From the sequence record OZ346212.1: 64,000 bases of DNA. One strand, given 5' to 3'. This document shows, piece by piece, positions 1 to 8,310 of this stretch. The notes under the pieces are model-generated. The model saw only the letters and a list, made by a program, of their open reading frames with translations, was not told the DNA's origin and did no database searches. Each line of letters begins with the position of its first letter. Positions within the stretch are counted from its first letter, which is position 1. The stretch is from a phage. The position numbers and the translations under genes are program-made.

Positions 1-351
1 ACATCTGACGGTCAAACTGAAAGAATTTATTACTCCAAGGCAAACACCTACCGCCTAGATGTAAGAATTACCTACTCCGGTGCTGCGCTTTCTACAACCG
101 AAAAAGATGCCATTATAGAGGCTCTTTTGCAGGTTGTTAACGGACTGGATGTTGCAGATACGTTGTATAATATCCAATTGGTAGGTGCTGCATCTGCTGC
201 TGTGTCAATAGGCAGATTTAATAGGCTGGTAATTCAAGTTAAATCCGTAGGAGCTTCTGATGAAGCTTACACTACAAACGATATTGTTGCGAACATGACC
301 GAGGTGTTTGACCTCGACGAAAGTAATATAACTTTCCAACAAACTATTTAA
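1..351 (+). CDS. structural (baseplate-region) protein, C-terminal fragment; 5' end lies outside window
   Basis: Frame 1 is open from nt 1 with no stop and is in frame with track ORF 127..351; sits directly upstream of baseplate/tail fiber genes. Confidence 0.5.
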   Translation, partial: TSDGQTERIYYSKANTYRLDVRITYSGAALSTTEKDAIIEALLQVVNGLDVADTLYNIQLVGAASAAVSIGRFNRLVIQVKSVGASDEAYTTNDIVANMTEVFDLDESNITFQQTI

Positions 352-362
352 GGCGGCGAGAT

Positions 363-1049
363 ATGGCAGAGATTAAGTCGGATGTTAACCACATCCACAC
401 TCTGCCAGATTTTGTTCAGGGAGGTCTTGACTACCTGCCTGGAGATTTTCTGGCTGAGAAGGTTAATTTAGTCACATTCTTAACCGTATACCTTAAAAGG
501 TTGGAGGATGTTGATAAGATGCTGGTAGGTTTGGCTGAAGGAAGATTGCTTAACAATGCCAGCGGAAGATACCTTGACGAAGTTGGTAATCAACTTGGTA
601 TTCTTAGGAATGGACTTTCAGATGCTGATTTTCGTGCCACACTAATTATTCAGCAGGCCGCAGCATCAAGGGGCGGGACTCGCGAAGATGTCATCTCCAC
701 CTTGCGACAATTGTTCGGAAGAGACAATTTCGATACGTGGAAAGGAGACAACTTCAGGTTTGACATAAATATTAGAAAAACTTGCTTTGACATATTGCAG
801 TCTATCGATCAGATCTTAGATATGCTACCATTGCCTTGTCATTTGCGTCTTACAGAATCGCAAGGGCAAGCTTTTGGTTTTGAAGGGGACTCTACAGCTC
901 TTGGCTTCGGATCAGTATGGGAAGAAAACCAGTTTGGAGTTGGTGGACTGGCTACTTTGCTGTATGTTCCTGACGTAAGACCTGATTGGGACACCACAAC
1001 CATTTATTGTGAAAGTATTACAGTAAACGCAACTAGACAGGAGGGTTAA
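363..1049 (+). CDS. putative baseplate/tail structural protein (228 aa)
   Basis: ORF in structural operon, start 11 nt after previous stop, stop overlaps next start (TAATG). Confidence 0.6.
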   Translation: MAEIKSDVNHIHTLPDFVQGGLDYLPGDFLAEKVNLVTFLTVYLKRLEDVDKMLVGLAEGRLLNNASGRYLDEVGNQLGILRNGLSDADFRATLIIQQAAASRGGTREDVISTLRQLFGRDNFDTWKGDNFRFDINIRKTCFDILQSIDQILDMLPLPCHLRLTESQGQAFGFEGDSTALGFGSVWEENQFGVGGLATLLYVPDVRPDWDTTTIYCESITVNATRQEG

Positions 1050-2767
1050 TGGCAACAGCTGTTTTTAAACCTTACCGTGATTACTCTACAATGGCTGCAC
1101 GGTTTCATTACCGAACAGTTCAGGATACTGCCGTTCCTGGTAGGGATTATGATCATGTTGAGGGCGATGTAACTATCCCAGTTGGGGCAACCAGTATTGA
1201 GATCCCCGTGGAAATTGTTGACAAATTACCCAACAGGTTGCCAAGAAGCTTCTTTATGGAGTTTTCATCAAAATCTCAAGGGGTGATGATTGGAACACAA
1301 AGGGCGAAATGTACAATAGTTTCAGATGAGAATCTTGACAGGATATCTTGGGATACTGTTGAGGAGAGAATGTTTCACCCAAGATATTGGGTTACAACCA
1401 CTCAGCAGACTGAAAGTACCTGTATTGTTGCAGATAACAACTGTTGTATTAACCGTTTAGTGTCAAGAACATATGGAGGTATGGCTGGGTGCATTTGGGA
1501 AACAGTTGACAAGTATGACCATTTCGGTATTGGGTTTGATGATCACTATGAGATGAGAAACACCAAGCTTTGGTTCAGAATGTCAATAACCAACGCCAGC
1601 AACTTCTCCACTCCTGAAAAGATGATTATGACTGTAGACCTTGTTGATGGCACAATCATCTATGTTCCTTTAGCTCAATATGCTGTCAGCATCTCAGAGG
1701 ATAAGAATGTTGCAGAAATTCATATTGATTTTGAGGACTGCGTCGGGATGGACCAGAACAACAACATGATGGGTGTTGATCCTCGGCAGGTGAGAAGGAT
1801 TTTAATACCGCTTATGCCTAAAGACTGGGTAAGTAATAGCACAGACCCGAGAACGGAAAATGTAAAGTGTGAGTTGCGCCTAGATCTGCTTCAGCCAGAC
1901 ACAGGCTGGAAAATGATGCAACTTAACAATATCCAGGTGAGAGAGCACGATGTTGGGATCTGCACCGCATATGACGATATGTGGAACGTGTCTCCTTTAA
2001 GGGTGTTGAACAATATCAAGCGTCTGGGCTATACCGGAACCATAAACCATTATGTTGGTATGAGTCATTATTATGACTACACATGGTCAGGAACCCAATG
2101 GTCTATAAACAGAACAGGAGCGCTAAACGCTGCAGCTTATAAATGGCATGATGATTTTATGTACAATGCCAAACGACATAACTTCGACGTTATGCAATCT
2201 GTAAGTTTTGAGCTTTTCAGCGATGCCTGCCCGTTGGAATGGACCCAAAGAGACTGGAACGATAACTACGCTAAAACAGGGTATACACCTTGTAGCTACC
2301 TCCTGTCTCCAACCATTGAAGAGGGTATGAATTTCCTTACTGCAGTATTTAAGAATTTTGCATCAGCCGCTATGAGAAACAACCTGCCAGTGATTATGCA
2401 GGTTGGTGAACCGTGGTGGTGGTACAATACCGATACTCGTAGACCTTGTATTTATGATTACCCTACAAAACAGGCGTTTTATGATGAGACAGGCGAGTAT
2501 GCATTAGATATTGGGACTATTGACGATCCTAAAACTGGCGGTGTTTACGATAAGTATGTAGCATTTTGTCGTGGTAAGCTTGGCGCTCGTATTGCGGCTA
2601 TTTCAAAGGCAATAAAGGCACACGCTGCATCAGCTCAGATGACAGCTCTGCTGTTTTCCCAACCATTATGGAAACCGAGCTTACGCAAAAGCTTAACCTT
2701 GCTGACCAATATAAAAAGGAAGCAGGTGCTCTTGATTTCTTCTGCACCGAGTGCTACGATTGGGTGA
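1049..2767 (+). CDS. putative tail fiber / baseplate-attached protein (572 aa)
   Basis: Large ORF translationally coupled to upstream gene; N-terminal stretch DYDHVEGDVTIPVGATSIEIPVEIVD resembles a Calx-beta-like beta-sandwich motif; position equivalent to fiber gene after baseplate genes. Confidence 0.65.
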   Translation: MATAVFKPYRDYSTMAARFHYRTVQDTAVPGRDYDHVEGDVTIPVGATSIEIPVEIVDKLPNRLPRSFFMEFSSKSQGVMIGTQRAKCTIVSDENLDRISWDTVEERMFHPRYWVTTTQQTESTCIVADNNCCINRLVSRTYGGMAGCIWETVDKYDHFGIGFDDHYEMRNTKLWFRMSITNASNFSTPEKMIMTVDLVDGTIIYVPLAQYAVSISEDKNVAEIHIDFEDCVGMDQNNNMMGVDPRQVRRILIPLMPKDWVSNSTDPRTENVKCELRLDLLQPDTGWKMMQLNNIQVREHDVGICTAYDDMWNVSPLRVLNNIKRLGYTGTINHYVGMSHYYDYTWSGTQWSINRTGALNAAAYKWHDDFMYNAKRHNFDVMQSVSFELFSDACPLEWTQRDWNDNYAKTGYTPCSYLLSPTIEEGMNFLTAVFKNFASAAMRNNLPVIMQVGEPWWWYNTDTRRPCIYDYPTKQAFYDETGEYALDIGTIDDPKTGGVYDKYVAFCRGKLGARIAAISKAIKAHAASAQMTALLFSQPLWKPSLRKSLTLLTNIKRKQVLLISSAPSATIG

Positions 2768-3120
2768 TGCAGGGAGGTATTGAAAAGGCAAAAGAGTCTG
2801 TAAACATACCTATCGTTAAGTTAGGTTGGCAACCGTCTGAAATACAATACCTTGCAGGGTTCGTTCCTAGTAAAGAGCTTGCTCCGGTATATGGCTACGA
2901 CCCAACCAGGAATTACCAAGAATTTTTATGGAGATGTATCTGCGGAAACATGGCAACCATAGAGTATAGATACCCTGAGGTAAAACAGTATGTGTGGGCA
3001 TACCCGCAAGTAATGTCTGACAGCATCACTGTTACAGCCAGAGATTCTACCGTGCTTCATATGGGGCAGGTTGCTCTGAAAGGGTATGTAGAAGATGTTG
3101 TCCCTCCAGACTTCTCATAA
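2767..3120 (+). CDS. hypothetical structural-module protein (118 aa; alternative start 2668 gives 150 aa)
   Basis: ATG at 2767 overlaps the TGA of upstream gene (TGATG); track ORF 2668..3120 would overlap upstream gene by 100 nt. Confidence 0.5.
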   Translation: MQGGIEKAKESVNIPIVKLGWQPSEIQYLAGFVPSKELAPVYGYDPTRNYQEFLWRCICGNMATIEYRYPEVKQYVWAYPQVMSDSITVTARDSTVLHMGQVALKGYVEDVVPPDFS

Positions 3121-3132
3121 TCAGGAGATAAA

Positions 3133-4173
3133 ATGTCAAAACCTAGTTTTCCATTAGAGATTTGGGCAGAGGAGGATCAGGTTCTGCCTAACACCCACAG
3201 ACAGAACAGGCTACGCCCGATCGATGATTTGTGGAGAAAAGGTTGGGATCTTGGTCAAAAGCCATCCTGTGAAGAACTTAACTATATTTTCAATATGCTC
3301 GGAACTTGGGCAAAATACATTGCTGACGAGCAGATCCCCGCTCAAGAAGGCCGTTATCTGGTACGTGATAATAACTTGAGCGATCTTTTGAACATCCCTG
3401 TTGCCCGTAGAAACCTTGGGATTATCACTAAGGAAGAGGCAGACGCCAGGTATGTAAAAGTTACAGGTGATACAATGACAGGCCCCTTGGGGTTGCAACG
3501 TATCAACTTTAAAGCTGCCGAGACAGATAAGGCTTGGATAGAGACAACTATTGGCCCAGATAAGACAACTCTCGACTTTGGGTTAAGTGATAATACCGGG
3601 TCGTTTGATGATGGTGGTACATCTACAGTGGATGCGTTTCGTTGGAGATTCCAGCCAACTCAGCCGGATATTAATCCAGAGTTCACTTTGATGTACCTTA
3701 ACGCGATCACGGCTAATCGTGCGCTGTTGAAAGTGGTAGGCAATGTTGAAGTTGTCGATAACATGAGGTGCAATAACCTTACTATCAGCAATACAGCAAC
3801 ATTCACCAACTGTAATGTGGCTAGTCAGTTGACGGCTGGGTCAGTATATGTTAATGGTGGTGCAAGTTGTGACAGTATGGTTGTAAGAAGCCAGCACTGT
3901 GTTGTCGGTAACAGAAATGTGGTGCGCTCCGTGAATGGAGTGACGGCTAACGGTAACGGTGATGTAACGATCACTATCCCGCAGACAGGTGTGCAAGACA
4001 TCAGAATCGGTGCAAGACTTGTGGACGGCGTTTCTGAATCTCCAATCCGCAACGGCTACGTTGTCACAGGCTGGCATTTCGGTGACAAAAAAGAGATGCG
4101 TGGTTCAACCTACTGGGCAGGACCCTTACAAAAACTTGTAAATGGTCAATGGATCACTGTTAATTATGCATAG
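3133..4173 (+). CDS. tail fiber / receptor-binding protein, paralog A (346 aa)
   Basis: SD AGGAGA upstream; N-terminus PLEIWAEEDQVL and C-terminus YWAGPLQKLVNGQWITVNYA shared with ORF 5186..6229, central region divergent; GDTMTGPL fiber-like motif. Confidence 0.8.
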   Translation: MSKPSFPLEIWAEEDQVLPNTHRQNRLRPIDDLWRKGWDLGQKPSCEELNYIFNMLGTWAKYIADEQIPAQEGRYLVRDNNLSDLLNIPVARRNLGIITKEEADARYVKVTGDTMTGPLGLQRINFKAAETDKAWIETTIGPDKTTLDFGLSDNTGSFDDGGTSTVDAFRWRFQPTQPDINPEFTLMYLNAITANRALLKVVGNVEVVDNMRCNNLTISNTATFTNCNVASQLTAGSVYVNGGASCDSMVVRSQHCVVGNRNVVRSVNGVTANGNGDVTITIPQTGVQDIRIGARLVDGVSESPIRNGYVVTGWHFGDKKEMRGSTYWAGPLQKLVNGQWITVNYA

Positions 4174-4187
4174 ATCGGAGGGCTAGC

Positions 4188-4772
4188 ATGAAAATACTTC
4201 AAGAGTTTAAACTTTACCAACCAGGATCTGGCGAATACCACTCCAACAAGGAAACCAAGGAGCTGACCCCTCAAGAGGTAGAGGATTACACCGCATACAC
4301 TGGGTATTTTTTACGTAATGATGATGGTGATTGGTATGTGCAGTCACGAACATTACGACAAGAAAATCCAGGGTGTATCTTCCTACTTGTTGACGAGAAG
4401 GGAATTCTTAAGACATCTACAGAAGAACCTGATGCCTTATGGCCTGCTCCAGGTCTTCGTGTGGTTATCGCCAAAAAAGAAGAGGTACCAGAAAACATTA
4501 TGCTTCACCACGACGCTTTGCGTTTAGTTGGTGATGAATTTGTCACAGACAATGAATTCTTTGTTCAACAGGCAGAGGGTGTCATAGAGACAGAACTTGC
4601 TTGGGCTACTGCTAGAATTGGTGCCTATCAAGACATGATTGACCTTGAATATGATCTTACTGATGACCAGAAACGTAACATCAGAGATTTGAAAATGTAC
4701 AGGGTAAAACTTCTTGAAATAGATACATCTAAAGCCCCTGACATTTTCTTCCCAGAGCGACCTACCCTCTAA
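4188..4772 (+). CDS. tail fiber assembly chaperone (Tfa-like, 194 aa)
   Basis: C-terminal segment ...DLTDDQKRNIRDLKMYRVKLLEIDTSKAPDIFFPERP matches the conserved C-terminus of caudoviral tail fiber assembly proteins; lies immediately downstream of a fiber gene. Confidence 0.75.
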   Translation: MKILQEFKLYQPGSGEYHSNKETKELTPQEVEDYTAYTGYFLRNDDGDWYVQSRTLRQENPGCIFLLVDEKGILKTSTEEPDALWPAPGLRVVIAKKEEVPENIMLHHDALRLVGDEFVTDNEFFVQQAEGVIETELAWATARIGAYQDMIDLEYDLTDDQKRNIRDLKMYRVKLLEIDTSKAPDIFFPERPTL

Positions 4773-4783
4773 GAGGAGGTGTT

Positions 4784-5098
4784 GTGGAGTTGGATTTGGC
4801 GGCATTGTACGGTATCTGCATGGGTACCGTTGTCCCGATCTGTGTATGGGCTTTCAACCAGTGGCACACCAAATGGAAAGACATTTCCAAGAGGTTGGAT
4901 GAGCTGGAGAAAGACCTCATCTTAGTGAAAAACAGTATGGTTACAAAAGATAAACTTGATTCCGTTATAGAGACCCGGTTAAGCAAGCTAGAGGCCGATA
5001 TTAACGACCTTAAGCAGGATGTCAGGACAGATGTCTCCGGCATCAGAGCCGATGTACAAAAGATTTTGCACATGCTCGTAGAGCATAGTAAAAGGTAA
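4784..5098 (+). CDS. hypothetical protein with N-terminal hydrophobic segment and coiled-coil (104 aa, GTG start)
   Basis: ORF preceded by GAGGAGG; start codon uncertain (GTG 4784 or TTG 4790). Confidence 0.5.
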   Translation: MELDLAALYGICMGTVVPICVWAFNQWHTKWKDISKRLDELEKDLILVKNSMVTKDKLDSVIETRLSKLEADINDLKQDVRTDVSGIRADVQKILHMLVEHSKR

Positions 5099-5125
5099 AC
5101 AAAGGTCAGAACGGAAAGGACTCCT

Positions 5126-5154
5126 CTTGCATTTTGTTCCCTAAAGTGTTAAAA
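5126..5154 (+). promoter_or_regulatory. sigma70-like promoter (TTGCAT-N17-TAAAAT)
   Basis: -35 TTGCAT at 5126, 17-nt spacer, -10 TAAAAT at 5149, followed by SD and ATG 5186. Confidence 0.5.
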
Positions 5155-5185
5155 TAGTCCTAAGGAATTTTCTCAGGAGAACGTG

Positions 5186-6229
5186 ATGACTAAACCAGTT
5201 ATCCCTCTTGATATTTGGGCCAATCAGGATGTTGTGCTTGAAAATACGGGAGAGTTGAATAAGTCTCAACCAAAAAAAGAAGAGAGATTGAAAGGTTGGG
5301 ATATGACACAAAGAGTGGCATGTGAAGTTGTTAACTTTGAACTTCACATGCTTTCTGCGTGGTTAAAGCATTTAACAGAAGATGTTGTCCCAGGATGGGA
5401 TAATAGATTCTTAAGGGTCACTAATAATCTAGCAGACGTTCCAGACAAAGCTGCTGCACGTCAAGTTCTCAATGTATACTCGCCTGAAGAAATGGACGAT
5501 CTGTATGTTGACAAGTCTGGAGACATAATGACTCAGACTCAAACTTTAGGCCTTCAAAGAATCGAGTTTGCATCTGCGTCAACAGACAATGCGGCAATAT
5601 ATACCACCATAACTCCAGACAAGACGACGATGGACTTCTGGATTATGGACAACATCGGTGGTGCTGACGGCACAGACCTTGATGATCCTTCTCACCAAAT
5701 AGACGGGTTCCGTTGGAGATTTCAACCTTCTGGTGGGCAGCCTGTGTTTTCGGCTATGAAGCTCAATGCTATAACTGCCAACCGTGCAAGACTGGCTATC
5801 CAAGGAAATCTTGAATGCAACGATGCAAAAAGTTCCTCTGCAAATGCCAATGCGGTCACGATACCAAGAGCCACTGTTAACGGACAACAATCCTGCGGAA
5901 GCGCTCAAATAGGTGGAAGAGTTGATTGTAACGATGAAACCGTTAGAGGCCAATATGCAACCGTTGGTGGAAGAAACGTGGTCCGCAGGGTAAACGGTAA
6001 CAGCGCAGACGGTAGTGGTAACCTTACTGTCCCTATGCCCAGTAGAGGGGTTGACGATGTAAGGATAGCGAACCGTTTCAAAACCACCTACAGAGAGTCA
6101 AGGGTCTACCCTGGACATGTGATGTGCTCTGGTAACTACGCTTATAAACACCCTTATCAAGGTGATTACTGGACAGGTGCTATCCAAAAACTTGTAAACG
6201 GTCAATGGATCACTATATCTTATGCTTAA
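5186..6229 (+). CDS. tail fiber / receptor-binding protein, paralog B (347 aa)
   Basis: ATG 5186 preferred over GTG 5183 by alignment with paralog A (MTKPVIPLDIW vs MSKPSFPLEIW); conserved C-terminus YWTGAIQKLVNGQWITISYA. Confidence 0.8.
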   Translation: MTKPVIPLDIWANQDVVLENTGELNKSQPKKEERLKGWDMTQRVACEVVNFELHMLSAWLKHLTEDVVPGWDNRFLRVTNNLADVPDKAAARQVLNVYSPEEMDDLYVDKSGDIMTQTQTLGLQRIEFASASTDNAAIYTTITPDKTTMDFWIMDNIGGADGTDLDDPSHQIDGFRWRFQPSGGQPVFSAMKLNAITANRARLAIQGNLECNDAKSSSANANAVTIPRATVNGQQSCGSAQIGGRVDCNDETVRGQYATVGGRNVVRRVNGNSADGSGNLTVPMPSRGVDDVRIANRFKTTYRESRVYPGHVMCSGNYAYKHPYQGDYWTGAIQKLVNGQWITISYA

Positions 6230-6240
6230 AAAGAGGGTAA

Positions 6241-6507
6241 ATGAAACTAACTCAGTTTTTATGGGGACTGGTTGCGGAATCTGATGACCCTACGAAAGTA
6301 TCCCAATCTAAGCTATGGTCGAACATAGGCATGGTGGTGATGACTGGGGTGTTTATTCATATGGGGTATAATGATACGCTTCCTGAATGGTATGCGTGGA
6401 TATATGCACCTTCAGTAGCCTGCCCCCAGCTTATTAGCAAATTCATCTCGCTCCGGTGGGGTTGCCAGCACCCTGACCACGTTAAAAACGAAGAGCAAAA
6501 AGCTTAA
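6241..6507 (+). CDS. hypothetical small protein with hydrophobic segments (88 aa), accessory gene downstream of fiber paralog B
   Basis: ORF with SD AAGAGGG upstream, 11 nt after fiber gene stop. Confidence 0.55.
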   Translation: MKLTQFLWGLVAESDDPTKVSQSKLWSNIGMVVMTGVFIHMGYNDTLPEWYAWIYAPSVACPQLISKFISLRWGCQHPDHVKNEEQKA

Positions 6508-6516
6508 GGAGAAATC

Positions 6517-8262
6517 ATGGCGCAAGACATGACAAGCTTCGAGCAGGCGGTAGATCAAGTAATTGTTGATTCTGAACGTTTGCACTTGATTGTCAACGGT
6601 AACGCTGTGGATGAAGTTGTCGTAGAGGATGGGACCACTATCCCTACGGTACGAAAAGCCATGCTTGACACCCTTTATTTTAAAACGCCACCAATCCCTT
6701 GGGCGTATGGTGCATCCACAACAGTTTTTAACCAGTTGTATGAGTTTAAAGGGGATACAGGCACTCAGTGGTGGTACGCCCCAGCAGCATCAAAATCTAA
6801 CCCGGTTAGAATGCCAGCAGATCCTTCACAATCTCCAAACTGGAGATTATACACCGACTCTGCAGTAATGGCAAAATACTACGCAAAACTTAACAGCCCA
6901 AGGTTCGAAGGTGACCCGCGAGTACCTACACCTCCAATGGACGATAAGTCAGAGTCCATAGCAAACACAGAGTTTGTTGTTGACTATGTTGATAGCATAT
7001 TTAAAGCCATGGAGGGGATGAAAGTTACTGTAGGATCTTTGGTGGTAAAAGGTCTTACAGAACTCGCTAACACTATAGTTGGTGGCACCCTTACCTTACA
7101 TGGACCTGTTAATGGGGCAGATTCTACTGCACGCTTTAGGAATCTAATCCTCACGGCAAATACTTCTACACTTACTTTTGCGTGGAGCGATCCTAAGCAT
7201 GCAGACTGGAGAAGTACAGAGCTGCAACCTCATGAAGTGTCCACCCACAGGGTTATAGCTGACACTATAACTTCTGGGAAACCAGTGGCTAATAATAACG
7301 ATGTGCATTTTGATGGTCTGGGTAATAACTTTTTTGACTACGTGTACATTCGTGGTAATGCCATGAAGGCAGCAACCGAACCGACATTGCAGGTAGATGG
7401 GACCACCAGGGTTAAGAACCTTGAGGTGACAGGTACCGTTACAGGGATAACATACTCTGTCGATGGCACCATGATCTACCCTAGCTATATTGAAAGCACT
7501 GGTGATGCATTGATAAATGGCGATTTGGAGGTTGGCGGGTCTGTAGTTATTCGAGGTACGGCCTCTATCCAAAACATAGCTCTGAATACCTTAAGAGTCA
7601 ATGAGCGTGCAACTTTTGAAGGAGAAGGGCTTACAGCCAACAAAGGTGTAATTACCGAGCTGACAACAACCACTTTAACTGCAACAGCTGCAAACTCTGA
7701 AAACTGCAACGTTACCCGCAACTTGCAGGTAAATGGAGATGTCAGTTTAAACGCAGCAGGGCCTGGCACCACCTCTGTTCACAACCTTGAAATATCCGGC
7801 ACGGTGACTGGGTGGTTGCCTGACTTCTCTAATGTCACCTTTGTCTGTAATGGCATTAACTCCAGTGGCAAGATAACCACCTCTCAAGAAATTGAGGCGG
7901 GTAAAACCATTACTGCCCCTACTTTCCACGCAGGAAAGGTAGATTTTGATTTAGAGGAGGTTGACGCGTCCAGTGGGACATGGACACCTAACGGGCAGGC
8001 CAGTATGTATGTTGTTCACGCGAAAGGGGATTTTACAATAGGACAGTGGCCTGGGACATCAGCGGAAGATAAACCTTATCCATTCACTGCGGTTATCTAT
8101 GTAATTCAGGATGCTGTAGGTCACAACGTGACTTTGCACGATAAGTATGCTATCCTGTCGGCAACACCTGTTATTAACAACAAGGCTAACAGTGTTACCT
8201 TGCTGCAATTAACGTATTGTGGTGTTGGTGATATCGTAGACGTAGTAATTGCACAACGTTAA
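6517..8262 (+). CDS. putative tail fiber protein (581 aa)
   Basis: SD AAGGAGA upstream; large ORF in structural operon, Thr/Gly/Asn/Val-rich composition typical of fiber shafts. Confidence 0.7.
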   Translation: MAQDMTSFEQAVDQVIVDSERLHLIVNGNAVDEVVVEDGTTIPTVRKAMLDTLYFKTPPIPWAYGASTTVFNQLYEFKGDTGTQWWYAPAASKSNPVRMPADPSQSPNWRLYTDSAVMAKYYAKLNSPRFEGDPRVPTPPMDDKSESIANTEFVVDYVDSIFKAMEGMKVTVGSLVVKGLTELANTIVGGTLTLHGPVNGADSTARFRNLILTANTSTLTFAWSDPKHADWRSTELQPHEVSTHRVIADTITSGKPVANNNDVHFDGLGNNFFDYVYIRGNAMKAATEPTLQVDGTTRVKNLEVTGTVTGITYSVDGTMIYPSYIESTGDALINGDLEVGGSVVIRGTASIQNIALNTLRVNERATFEGEGLTANKGVITELTTTTLTATAANSENCNVTRNLQVNGDVSLNAAGPGTTSVHNLEISGTVTGWLPDFSNVTFVCNGINSSGKITTSQEIEAGKTITAPTFHAGKVDFDLEEVDASSGTWTPNGQASMYVVHAKGDFTIGQWPGTSAEDKPYPFTAVIYVIQDAVGHNVTLHDKYAILSATPVINNKANSVTLLQLTYCGVGDIVDVVIAQR

Positions 8263-8271
8263 TATATCTAA

Positions 8272-8298
8272 CCGCTCCTGACGGGGCGGTTTTCTTAT
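8272..8298 (+). terminator. rho-independent terminator
   Basis: Hairpin CCGCTCC-tgac-GGGGCGG followed by TTTTCTTAT. Confidence 0.6.
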
Positions 8299-8310
8299 CT
8301 GGAGAACACA

